A model generated the notes under the pieces. That model worked only from the letters and a program-made list of their open reading frames with translations, ran no database searches and was not told where the DNA came from. The position numbers and the translations under genes were made by a program. DNA of 64,000 bases, taken from the NCBI RefSeq assembly GCF_000026545.1, contig NC_011601.1; one strand, written 5' to 3'. This DNA comes from Escherichia coli O127:H6 str. E2348/69. Lineage in GTDB: Bacteria; Pseudomonadota; Gammaproteobacteria; Enterobacterales; Enterobacteriaceae. This document shows positions 20,682 to 31,400 of this stretch, one piece after another (the first letter of the stretch is position 1; each line of letters opens with the position of its first letter).

Positions 20682-23321
20682 ATGCTGGGTAAATATAAAG
20701 CCGTTCTCGCGCTGTTATTACTGATTATTCTTGTGCCGTTGACGCTGCTGATGACGCTCGGGCTGTGGGTTCCCACGCTGGCGGGCATCTGGCTACCGCT
20801 CGGGACACGTATTGCATTAGATGAAAGCCCACGCATTACGCGTAAAGGTTTAATCATCCCCGATCTCCGTTATCTGGTGGGAGATTGTCAGCTTGCGCAT
20901 ATCACCAACGCCAGCCTTTCACATCCCAGCCGCTGGTTATTGAACGTCGGCACGGTAGAACTTGATTCTGCTTGTCTGGCGAAATTGCCGCAGACGGAGC
21001 AATCGCCAGCCGCTCCAAAAACCCTCGCGCAGTGGCAGTCCATGCTGCCTAACACCTGGATCAATATCGATAAACTGATTTTTTCTCCCTGGCAGGAATG
21101 GCAGGGAAAACTCTCTCTCGCATTAACCTCCGATATCCAGCAACTGTGTTATCAGGGCGAAAAAGTTAAATTTCAAGGCCAGCTGAAAGGGCAACAACTT
21201 ACAGTCAGCGAACTGGATGTCGCCGCGTTTGAAAATCAGCCGCCGGTAAAACTGGTGGGGGAATTTACTATGCCGCTCGTGCCGGATGGACTTCCGGTAA
21301 GTGGTCATGCTACTGCGACGTTAAACTTACCGCAGGAGCCTTCACTGGTGGATGCCGAGCTGGACTGGCAGGAAAATAGCGGGCAATTGATTGTGCTGGC
21401 ACGGGATAACGGCGATCCGTTGCTCGATTTGCCGTGGCAAATTACTCGTCAACAATTGACCGTAAGCGATGGTCGCTGGAGCTGGCCGTATGCAGGTTTT
21501 CCTTTGAGTGGCCGACTGGGTGTCAAAGTCGACAACTGGCAGGCAGGGCTCGAGAACGCTCTGGTCAGCGGGCGACTGAGTGTGCTGACCCAGGGGCAAG
21601 CGGGTAAAGGCAACGCGGTGTTAAATTTTGGCCCAGGAAAATTAAGCATGGATAACAGCCAGCTGCCTCTGCAGCTGACCGGTGAAGCGAAACAGGCGGA
21701 CCTCATTTTATATGCCCGTTTACCTGCGCAGCTAAGTGGAAGTCTGTCTGACCCAACGCTGACCTTTGAGCCTGGCGCGTTACTTCGTTCAAAGGGAAGA
21801 GTCATTGATTCGCTGGACATCGATGAAATCCGCTGGCCTTTAGCGGGTGTAAAAGTCACCCAACGTGGTGTTGACGGACGTTTGCAGGCCATTTTGCAGG
21901 CGCATGAAAATGAACTGGGCGATTTCGTGCTGCATATGGATGGGCTGGCGAATGATTTTCTCCCTGACGCTGGCCGCTGGCAGTGGCGCTACTGGGGAAA
22001 AGGGAGTTTTACACCAATGAATGCCACCTGGGATGTCGCAGGAAAAGGTGAGTGGCATGACAGCACTATTACGCTGACCGATCTCTCCACCGGTTTCGAC
22101 CAGTTACAATACGGTACGATGACGGTAGAAAAGCCGCGATTAATTCTCGACAAGCCCGTCGTCTGGGGACGTGACGCACAGCATCCCTCCTTCAGCGGCG
22201 CTCTGTCACTGGACGCCGGGCAAACGCTGTTCACTGGCGGCAGTGTGTTACCGCCATCAACCTTAAAATTTAGTGTCGATGGGCGCGATCCGACGTATTT
22301 CCTCTTTAAAGGCGATTTACATGCTGGTGAGATTGGCCCGGTTCGGGTAAATGGTCGCTGGGACGGTATTCGTCTGCGCGGTAACGCCTGGTGGCCTAAA
22401 CAATCACTGACTGTATTCCAGCCGTTGGTGCCACCCGACTGGAAGATGAACTTACGCGATGGTGAACTGTATGCTCAGGTCGCATTTTCAGCAGCGCCCG
22501 AACAAGGATTCCGCGCGGGAGGACACGGCGTGTTGAAAGGCGGTAGTGCCTGGATGCCAGATAATCAGGTTAACGGTGTCGATTTTGTCCTGCCTTTCCG
22601 TTTTGCCGATGGAGCCTGGCATCTGGGGACTCGCGGTCCCGTTACGTTGCGAATTGCCGAAGTGATTAATCTGGTGACAGCGAAAAATATTACGGCTGAT
22701 TTGCAAGGTCGTTATCCGTGGACTGAAGAAGAACCATTGCTGTTGACTGATGTTAGTGTCGATGTGTTAGGCGGTAACGTGCTGATGAAACAATTACGTA
22801 TGCCGCAACATGACCCGGCGCTGTTGCGGCTGAATAATCTTTCCTCCAGCGAACTGGTTAGCGCCGTCAATCCGAAACAATTCGCCATGTCCGGGGCATT
22901 TAGTGGTGCATTGCCGTTATGGCTAAACAACGAAAAATGGATAGTGAAAGACGGCTGGCTGGCAAATAGCGGGCCGATGACCTTGCGGCTGGATAAAGAC
23001 ACCGCAGATGCGGTGGTGAAAGACAATATGACCGCGGGTTCAGCAATTAACTGGTTGCGCTATATGGAAATTAGCCGTTCATCGACAAAAATTAATTTAG
23101 ATAATCTCGGTTTATTAACCATGCAGGCCAACATTACAGGTACCAGTCGCGTTGATGGTAAAAGCGGTACGGTAAATCTTAATTACCATCATGAAGAGAA
23201 TATTTTTACGCTGTGGCGCAGTTTACGCTTTGGCGATAATCTCCAGGCATGGCTGGAGCAGAACGCGCGTCTGCCGGGAAATGACTGTCCGCAAGGAAAA
23301 GAGTGTGAGGATAAACAATGA
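20682..23321 (+). CDS. ydbH: AsmA-family/DUF748 large periplasmic protein YdbH
   Basis: 879 aa with N-terminal transmembrane anchor. Followed by ynbE and ydbL with overlapping start/stop codons, as in the K-12 ydbH-ynbE-ydbL operon. Confidence 0.9.
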   Translation: MLGKYKAVLALLLLIILVPLTLLMTLGLWVPTLAGIWLPLGTRIALDESPRITRKGLIIPDLRYLVGDCQLAHITNASLSHPSRWLLNVGTVELDSACLAKLPQTEQSPAAPKTLAQWQSMLPNTWINIDKLIFSPWQEWQGKLSLALTSDIQQLCYQGEKVKFQGQLKGQQLTVSELDVAAFENQPPVKLVGEFTMPLVPDGLPVSGHATATLNLPQEPSLVDAELDWQENSGQLIVLARDNGDPLLDLPWQITRQQLTVSDGRWSWPYAGFPLSGRLGVKVDNWQAGLENALVSGRLSVLTQGQAGKGNAVLNFGPGKLSMDNSQLPLQLTGEAKQADLILYARLPAQLSGSLSDPTLTFEPGALLRSKGRVIDSLDIDEIRWPLAGVKVTQRGVDGRLQAILQAHENELGDFVLHMDGLANDFLPDAGRWQWRYWGKGSFTPMNATWDVAGKGEWHDSTITLTDLSTGFDQLQYGTMTVEKPRLILDKPVVWGRDAQHPSFSGALSLDAGQTLFTGGSVLPPSTLKFSVDGRDPTYFLFKGDLHAGEIGPVRVNGRWDGIRLRGNAWWPKQSLTVFQPLVPPDWKMNLRDGELYAQVAFSAAPEQGFRAGGHGVLKGGSAWMPDNQVNGVDFVLPFRFADGAWHLGTRGPVTLRIAEVINLVTAKNITADLQGRYPWTEEEPLLLTDVSVDVLGGNVLMKQLRMPQHDPALLRLNNLSSSELVSAVNPKQFAMSGAFSGALPLWLNNEKWIVKDGWLANSGPMTLRLDKDTADAVVKDNMTAGSAINWLRYMEISRSSTKINLDNLGLLTMQANITGTSRVDGKSGTVNLNYHHEENIFTLWRSLRFGDNLQAWLEQNARLPGNDCPQGKECEDKQ

Positions 23322-23503
23322 AAATTTTACTGGCTGCGTTGACGTCATCTTTTATGCTGGTTGGCTGTACGCCTCGCATTGAAGTCGCTGCACCTAAGGA
23401 ACCGATCACTATCAATATGAACGTTAAAATTGAGCATGAGATCATCATCAAGGCAGACAAAGACGTCGAAGAGCTGCTTGAGACCCGTAGCGATCTTTTT
23501 TGA
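23318..23503 (+). CDS. ynbE: Lipoprotein YnbE
   Basis: 61 aa with lipobox (LVGC). Start overlaps the ydbH stop (ATGA). Confidence 0.8.
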   Translation: MKILLAALTSSFMLVGCTPRIEVAAPKEPITINMNVKIEHEIIIKADKDVEELLETRSDLF

Positions 23504-23507
23504 GGTG

Positions 23508-23837
23508 ATGATGAAAAGAACATTACTTCTTTGTGCATTTCTTGTTGGCTTGGTAAGCAGCAATGTAATGGCATTGACTCTGGATGAAGCCAGAACTCAG
23601 GGGCGAGTAGGCGAAACATTTTATGGTTATCTGGTTGCGCTGAAAACAGATGCTGAAACTGAGAAATTAGTAACCGACATTAATGCCGAACGTAAAGCGA
23701 GCTATCAACAACTGGCAAAGCAAAATAATGTGTCGGTAGATGATATCGCGAAACTCGCCGGGCAAAAGCTTGTAGAACGGGCCAAACCCGGGGAATATGT
23801 ACAAGGGATAAACGGTAAATGGGTGCGAAAATTTTAA
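23508..23837 (+). CDS. ydbL: Periplasmic protein YdbL (DUF1318)
   Basis: Starts MMKRTLLLCAFLVGLVSSNVMA (signal peptide), about 109 aa. The ORF-track start at 23430 is probably too far upstream. Confidence 0.8.
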   Translation: MMKRTLLLCAFLVGLVSSNVMALTLDEARTQGRVGETFYGYLVALKTDAETEKLVTDINAERKASYQQLAKQNNVSVDDIAKLAGQKLVERAKPGEYVQGINGKWVRKF

Positions 23838-24008
23838 TAGCAAAACCGCAATATCGGGATAACGCTACAGGAGAAGACGATTAATCTATTTTCCGGAAAT
23901 AAGATGATTATTCAAAAATTCCTGCCAAATTGCCTTTTGCCCTGAAAAATGCATAATCAAATATCTGTTTTAACTAATTCGCGTTGCTGTACATGCAACG
24001 CGAATTAG

Positions 24009-24314
24009 TTAGCGGAATTTACGCCGATTCTCGCCTGGCGTCATCCCAAAGCGTTGTTTAAATACCGTTGAAAAATGACTCTGGTCGGAAAATCCCCAAT
24101 GAAAGCCAATGCCTGCCAGTTTTTCATCATCTGCGGCATGGCGAATCGCATCTGCACAAAAATCGAGACGACGGTTACGAATATATTGCGCGACCACCAA
24201 ACCTTTATCGGCAAACTTTATCAGCGCGTAGCGCCTGCTGCTGTAGCGTTCGTTAGTGAAAAAGATGAAACCTCGGTCGGTGAGCTGCCTTCGCCGGGTA
24301 GCCTGTATTTTCAA
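24009..24314 (-). pseudogene. feaR: feaR 3' fragment (AraC-family helix-turn-helix domain only)
   Basis: 101-aa ORF containing only the C-terminal AraC HTH region (..GFSDQSHFSTVFKQRFGMTPGE..). The N-terminal two thirds of a roughly 300-aa regulator are missing. Position after ydbL matches K-12 feaR. Confidence 0.7.
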
Positions 24315-24352
24315 CGTTTTGGCGGTTTGAATATTGAACAGGAGGTGTTAAG

Positions 24353-24970
24353 CCAATTTATCAGATAGACGGTCTGACTCCGATAGTAACAGAAGAGAGT
24401 TTTGTTCATCCGACAGAGGTATTGATCGGCGATGTTATTCTCGGCAAGGGCGTTTACGTTGGACCAAATGCCAGCCTGCGAGGTGATTTTAGTCGTATCG
24501 TGGAGAAAGATGGCGCGAACATTCAGGATAATTGCGTTATGCACGGCTTTCCCGGGCAGGATACTGTCGTTGAAGAAGATGGGCATATTGGTCATAGCGC
24601 TATCCTTCACGGCTGCAATATCCGCCGCAATGCATTAGTGGGAATGAACGCGGTAGTGATGGTCGGTGCGGTGATTGGTGAGAACAGTATTGTTGGCGCA
24701 TCCGCATTTGTGAAAGCCAAAGCAGAAATGCCTGCTAATTATCTGATTGTCAGCAGCCCGGCAAAAGCGATTCGTGAACTTAGTGAGCAGGAGCTGGCAT
24801 GGAAAAAGCAGGGCACGCATGAGTATCAGGTGCTGGTGACACGTTGTAAGCAGACGTTGCATCAAGTCGAGCCATTGCGGGAAGTTGAACCTGGCAGGCA
24901 GCGTCTGGTATTTGATGAGAATCTGCGACCGAAACAGTCACGTCCAGATGCTGAACGTTCTAATTTTTAG
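24353..24970 (+). CDS. paaY: PaaY-like hexapeptide-repeat thioesterase, canonical ATG start apparently lost
   Basis: In-frame translation from 24353 gives [45 protein letters not shown]..., matching the PaaY N-terminus as I recall it. The codon before Pro is AAG rather than ATG (GGAGGTGTTAAGCCAATT). The nearest in-frame alternative start is TTG at 24422. Confidence 0.65.
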   Translation, partial: PIYQIDGLTPIVTEESFVHPTEVLIGDVILGKGVYVGPNASLRGDFSRIVEKDGANIQDNCVMHGFPGQDTVVEEDGHIGHSAILHGCNIRRNALVGMNAVVMVGAVIGENSIVGASAFVKAKAEMPANYLIVSSPAKAIRELSEQELAWKKQGTHEYQVLVTRCKQTLHQVEPLREVEPGRQRLVFDENLRPKQSRPDAERSNF

Positions 24971-24983
24971 CATGTGATACCTT

Positions 24984-25016
24984 AACCGCAACGCTGATAC
25001 AGGTTGCGGTTTTTTA
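24984..25016 (+). terminator. Rho-independent terminator after paaY
   Basis: AACCGCAACGCTGATACAGGTTGCGGTT hairpin followed by TTTTTT. Confidence 0.6.
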
Positions 25017-25170
25017 TTGCCGGATGCGGTACTTGACGCGTTTTGTTTTGGTGTCTTTCAGGATATTAGAGCTACTCATCCAGTAATCTTGTTTACGCCT
25101 TCGCATTATTTATCTCTATTCATTTCTATACTGATTTTTCTTAATCCGTTTTATTACAGGGCAGGGTGCG

Positions 25171-26037
25171 ATGAGCAGCAACACATTTACTCTCGGTACA
25201 AAATCCGTTAACCGTCTTGGTTATGGCGCGATGCAACTGGCAGGTCCTGGGGTTTTTGGCCCCCCAAGAGATCGCCACGTCGCTATAACCGTGCTGCGCG
25301 AGGCGCTGGCATTGGGCGTCAATCATATTGATACCAGCGACTTTTATGGTCCGCACGTCACCAATCAGATTATCCGCGAAGCGCTTTATCCGTACTCTGA
25401 CGACCTGACAATTGTCACTAAAATTGGTGCGCGGCGTGGAGAGGACGCTTCCTGGTTACCCGCATTTTCTCCGGCAGAGCTGCAAAAAGCGGTACACGAT
25501 AATCTACGTAATCTCGGCCTGGACGTACTGGATGTGGTTAACCTGCGCGTTATGATGGGGGATGGTCATGGCCCAGCGGAAGGATCGATTGAAGCCAGCC
25601 TTACCGTGCTGGCGGAGATGCAACAACAAGGCCTGGTAAAACATATTGGCCTGAGTAACGTCACACCGACGCAGGTTGCAGAGGCGCGAAAGATTGCCGA
25701 AATCGTCTGCGTGCAGAACGAATACAACATTGTCCACCGAGCTGATGACGCAATGATTGATGCTTTGGCTCGTGATGGCATTGCCTACGTGCCATTCTTT
25801 CCGCTCGGGGGCTTTACGCCGCTGCAATCCTCCACGCTTTCCGATGTTGCTGCGAGCCTTAATGCGACACCAATGCAGGTGGCGCTGGCGTGGCTGTTAC
25901 AGCGTTCACCGAATATTTTGCTGATTCCTGGCACCTCTTCGGTGGGACATCTGCGGGAGAATATGGCGTCCGATGAATTAGTGCTAACGGATGACGTGCT
26001 GGCAACGCTGGACAGTATTTCGCAAAAGGCGGGTTAA
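25171..26037 (+). CDS. ydbC: Aldo-keto reductase YdbC
   Basis: 288 aa, AKR family (..LGYGAMQLAG.., ..IDTSDFYG..). Confidence 0.85.
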   Translation: MSSNTFTLGTKSVNRLGYGAMQLAGPGVFGPPRDRHVAITVLREALALGVNHIDTSDFYGPHVTNQIIREALYPYSDDLTIVTKIGARRGEDASWLPAFSPAELQKAVHDNLRNLGLDVLDVVNLRVMMGDGHGPAEGSIEASLTVLAEMQQQGLVKHIGLSNVTPTQVAEARKIAEIVCVQNEYNIVHRADDAMIDALARDGIAYVPFFPLGGFTPLQSSTLSDVAASLNATPMQVALAWLLQRSPNILLIPGTSSVGHLRENMASDELVLTDDVLATLDSISQKAG

Positions 26038-26060
26038 ATAAAAAAACCTCCCACTTTCGT

Positions 26061-27611
26061 GCTGTCTCTTGATCAGATCTCCTGATCAAGAGACTTCATC
26101 ACCAGGTAACCCTCAACCATATCCTGAAGTCTGAACCAGCCATCCCACATGACTACCCAACCGGGGCGACCGGTGCGTTTGCTGTCATGCCATCGCCCCA
26201 GTTTCGCCAGTTTCAGACAGGCCCATTTCAGTGTCGGCATCTGTGACGGAAGCGGTTTTCCTTCCAGCTTAACCCACAGCAGTTTCCACTCTGTCGGCGT
26301 CAGTATTTTCTCACAGCTGTCATTTTGTGTTTCTTCACTGATACCGCCCTGCCGCAGGCCCAGCACCCGCACCGCGATAAACGCCTTGATAACCACCATG
26401 CGCTCGAGGTTATCCCGGGTCTGCATTCGCAGCGATTCCACACATGTACCACCACTTTTCCACGCCTTGTGGTATTCCTCTATCAGCCAGCGTCGCTCGT
26501 AATGGCTGACGATACGTCGCGCATCGGCGGCACTCGCCACTTTTTCTGACGTCAGCAGATGCCAGCAGGCGCCGTCCTCTGCCTGCTCCCGGCAACAGAC
26601 ATACGTGAGCGGGAGCGCCTGGCCGCTGTTGTCGGGATTTTTTATGCTGACTTCGCTGTAACTGATGAACATCCGGGCCTGGCGGGCTGCCCGCCCGCCT
26701 TTTTGCATCACATTCAGCGTGTGGCTTCCCGCGGTTGCCAGGACTTCCGGCAGTTCGAAGAGCTTGCCGGGTGCTTCTTCCAGCCGGCGATTCTGTGCTG
26801 CACGCACCACGAAGCGCTGCCCGTGGCTGACTTTATAATGCAGGTAATGCCAGATATCCGCTTCCCGGTCACAGACAGTGATTACCCGTTTCTGTATCTC
26901 CCCCAGCCGTTCGGCCATGCGCTCCGAAGCCTGCTGCCAGCGGTAACTTTCTTTTTCTTCATAGGGACGTTCTTTTCGCTGGTGCTTAACACCGTAGGTG
27001 TCCGTGGCACGACTCCAGCGCTGCTGTTCGATAAGACCGACTGGCAGGGCGCTGTCGGGGGCGTACATCAGGACAGAGTGAGCCAGCAGCCCGCGCGTCT
27101 TCGGGTTAGTGGTGGTATTCCCCAGGTCATCAGATGCCGTACTGTGACTGAAGTTAATGGTGGTGGTGTCTTCCAGCGCGAGGAGCAGCGGATGAGCCTC
27201 ACATGCCCTTACAGTGGCGGTAAATCCGGCTTCGGCAATGGCTTGCGGGGACACAGACGGGTTACGTATCAGGCGGTACGCACCTTCAACCTGAGCAGTG
27301 GACTGGGATGATTTCACAATAGAAAGACCTGCATGCTGAGCGAGAGAAGAGGCCAGTGACACAAGGCGTCGTGTACGACGCGGATCACCGAGACGGGCAT
27401 GTCCAAACTGCTCGTTAGCCCATGAATAACAATCAGAAAGTACCATAACAGACCCGAAGAAAATGAAATATAAGAGAAGATCAACGGGTGAGGAAAAAGT
27501 TCAAAAAATCGCTGCCGGGGAGGAAGGAAACTACCGGATGGAAAGAGTCCCCCTAAAGCAGACTGACAGACATCACAAATCCCCGGGTGGGGATTTGTGT
27601 ATAAGAGACAG
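26061..27611 (-). mobile_element. IS4-family insertion sequence of the IS50/Tn5 type, copy 1 (1551 bp), with 9-bp target-site duplication CACTTTCGT
   Basis: Left end GCTGTCTCTTGATCAGATCT (identical to the Tn5 inside-end 19-mer as I recall it); right end ...GTGTATAAGAGACAG (Tn5 mosaic/outside-end-like). Flanked by direct 9-bp repeats at 26052-26060 and 27612-27620. Every six-frame ORF inside is identical to those of copy 2. Confidence 0.85.
26073..27446 (-). CDS. IS50-like DDE transposase (Tn5 Tnp homologue), copy 1
   Basis: 457 aa. N-terminus ..[19 protein letters not shown].. parallels Tn5 Tnp ..LGDPRRTARLVNVAAQLAK..; also VCDREADI and [19 protein letters not shown] parallel Tn5 VCDREADI and HRWRIEEFHKAWKTG (DDE and YREK signatures). 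Confidence 0.85.
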   Translation of the reverse strand: MVLSDCYSWANEQFGHARLGDPRRTRRLVSLASSLAQHAGLSIVKSSQSTAQVEGAYRLIRNPSVSPQAIAEAGFTATVRACEAHPLLLALEDTTTINFSHSTASDDLGNTTTNPKTRGLLAHSVLMYAPDSALPVGLIEQQRWSRATDTYGVKHQRKERPYEEKESYRWQQASERMAERLGEIQKRVITVCDREADIWHYLHYKVSHGQRFVVRAAQNRRLEEAPGKLFELPEVLATAGSHTLNVMQKGGRAARQARMFISYSEVSIKNPDNSGQALPLTYVCCREQAEDGACWHLLTSEKVASAADARRIVSHYERRWLIEEYHKAWKSGGTCVESLRMQTRDNLERMVVIKAFIAVRVLGLRQGGISEETQNDSCEKILTPTEWKLLWVKLEGKPLPSQMPTLKWACLKLAKLGRWHDSKRTGRPGWVVMWDGWFRLQDMVEGYLVMKSLDQEI

Positions 27612-27637
27612 CACTTTCGTGGGAGGCATCATAAATC

Positions 27638-28252
<615 letters not shown>

Positions 28253-28443
28253 TTATAGATGTTTGAATGGGCGATGCCCCGTTGCTTGTTGACACTTTAT
28301 TCACAATCCTGCCACAGAGATAGCGCAATAAATCGAAGCCTATGTTCGAATTTATTGAACAACGCATAGAAAGCCGCGATGTGGTACTCTATATCTATCA
28401 TTTAAAAGAAAATTAATCAGGCAGACTACTGCCCACTAACGTT

Positions 28444-31400
28444 ATGACAGAACAACAAAAATTGACCTTTACTGCCTTGCAGCAGCGGCTGGATTCGCTG
28501 ATGCTGCGTGACAGACTGCGTTTTTCTCGCCGTCTGCACGGCGTGAAGAAGGTTAAAAATCCTGATGCACAACAGGCCATTTTCCAGGAGATGGCGAAAG
28601 AGATTGACCATGCGGCAGGGAAAGTCCTGCTGCGTGAAGCGGAACGACCGGAAATTACTTACCCGGACAATTTGCCGGTTAGTCAGAAAAAGCAGGACAT
28701 ACTCGAAGCGATTCGTGACCACCAGGTGGTGATCGTCGCCGGGGAAACGGGTTCCGGTAAAACGACTCAGCTACCGAAAATCTGTATGGAGCTGGGTCGC
28801 GGGATTAAAGGGCTGATCGGCCATACCCAGCCGCGTCGGCTGGCGGCGCGAACGGTGGCGAACCGTATTGCGGAAGAGCTAAAAACGGAGCCGGGCGGTT
28901 GCATCGGTTACAAAGTGCGTTTCAGCGATCACGTCAGTGATAACACGATGGTCAAGCTGATGACCGACGGTATCCTGCTGGCAGAGATCCAGCAAGACCG
29001 CCTGCTGATGCAGTACGACACCATCATTATTGACGAAGCGCACGAACGCAGCCTGAATATCGATTTTCTCCTCGGCTATTTGAAAGAGTTGCTGCCGCGG
29101 CGTCCTGACCTAAAAATCATTATCACTTCCGCGACTATCGACCCGGAACGCTTTTCGCGCCACTTTAATAATGCGCCGATTATCGAAGTCTCCGGTCGGA
29201 CCTATCCGGTGGAAGTGCGCTATCGCCCGATTGTTGAAGAAGCCGATGATACCGAGCGCGATCAGTTGCAGGCGATTTTTGACGCCGTAGATGAACTGAG
29301 CCAGGAAAGCCCTGGCGACATTCTGATCTTTATGAGCGGCGAGCGAGAAATTCGCGATACCGCCGATGCGCTGAACAAGCTGAACTTACGCCATACCGAA
29401 ATCTTGCCGCTTTATGCGCGGCTTTCCAACAGCGAACAGAACCGCGTGTTCCAGTCGCACAGCGGGCGACGCATTGTACTGGCGACCAACGTCGCGGAAA
29501 CCTCGCTGACCGTACCGGGTATTAAATACGTTATCGACCCAGGTACAGCGCGTATCAGCCGCTACAGCTATCGCACCAAAGTGCAGCGTTTGCCGATTGA
29601 GCCAATTTCGCAGGCTTCAGCTAATCAGCGTAAAGGCCGCTGCGGTCGTGTGTCAGAAGGGATCTGTATTCGTCTCTATTCCGAAGACGATTTCCTCTCG
29701 CGCCCGGAGTTTACCGACCCAGAAATTCTACGTACTAACCTGGCCTCGGTTATTTTGCAGATGACCGCACTGGGCTTGGGCGATATCGCCGCATTCCCGT
29801 TTGTCGAAGCACCGGATAAACGCAATATCCAGGATGGCGTGCGTCTGCTCGAAGAACTGGGTGCGATCACCACGGATGAACAGGCCAGCGCCTATAAACT
29901 GACGCCGCTTGGTCGCCAGCTCTCGCAGTTGCCTGTCGACCCACGTCTGGCGCGTATGGTGCTGGAAGCGCAAAAACATGGCTGCGTGCGTGAGGCGATG
30001 ATTATCACGTCTGCGCTCTCCATTCAGGATCCGCGTGAGCGTCCGATGGATAAACAGCAGGCATCTGACGAAAAACATCGTCGCTTCCACGACAAAGAGT
30101 CTGACTTCCTCGCGTTTGTGAATCTGTGGAATTATCTTGGCGAGCAGCAAAAGGCGCTTTCTTCAAACGCCTTCCGTCGCCTGTGTCGTACTGATTATCT
30201 CAACTATCTGCGCGTGCGCGAATGGCAGGATATCTACACCCAGTTGCGCCAGGTGGTGAAAGAACTTGGCATTCCGGTTAACAGCGAACCGGCGGATTAT
30301 CGCGAAATTCACATTGCGTTGCTGACCGGTTTGCTTTCGCATATTGGTATGAAAGATGCCGATAAACAAGAATATACCGGCGCACGTAACGCGCGTTTCT
30401 CCATCTTCCCCGGTTCTGGTTTATTCAAAAAGCCGCCGAAATGGGTAATGGTGGCGGAACTGGTAGAAACCAGCCGCCTGTGGGGACGCATTGCTGCGCG
30501 GATCGACCCGGAATGGGTGGAGCCAGTTGCTCAGCATTTGATTAAACGCACCTACAGCGAACCGCACTGGGAACGGGCGCAGGGCGCGGTGATGGCAACG
30601 GAAAAAGTCACTGTTTATGGTTTGCCGATTGTTGCCGCGCGCAAGGTCAACTACAGCCAGATCGATCCGGCGTTATGTCGTGAACTCTTTATTCGCCACG
30701 CGCTGGTGGAAGGTGACTGGCAGACGCGTCACGCATTCTTCCGTGAAAACCTGAAACTACGGGCGGAAGTAGAAGAGCTGGAACACAAATCACGTCGCCG
30801 CGATATTCTGGTTGATGACGAAATGCTGTTTGAGTTCTACGACCAGCGCATCAGCCACGATGTGATTTCCGCACGTCACTTCGACAGCTGGTGGAAAAAA
30901 GTCAGCCGCGAAACGCCTGATTTGCTCAACTTTGAAAAGAGCATGTTGATCAAAGAAGGGGCGGAAAAAATCAGCAAGCTGGATTATCCGAACTTCTGGC
31001 ATCAGGGCAATCTCAAGCTGCGTTTGAGTTATCAGTTTGAGCCGGGGGCAGATGCTGACGGAGTGACCGTACATATTCCGCTGCCGCTGCTTAACCAGGT
31101 TGAGGAGAGTGGGTTTGAGTGGCAGATCCCCGGTCTGCGTCGTGAGCTGATCATCGCCCTGATTAAATCGCTGCCGAAGCCGGTACGCCGTAATTTTGTG
31201 CCCGCGCCAAACTACGCCGAAGCGTTTTTAGGCCGCGTCACACCGCTGGAATTGCCGTTGCTCGACAGCCTTGAACGAGAGTTACGGCGGATGACTGGCG
31301 TCACCGTTGACCGCGAAGACTGGCACTGGGATCAGGTGCCCGATCACCTGAAAATCACTTTCCGCGTGGTGGATGACAAAAACAAGAAGCTAAAAGAAGG

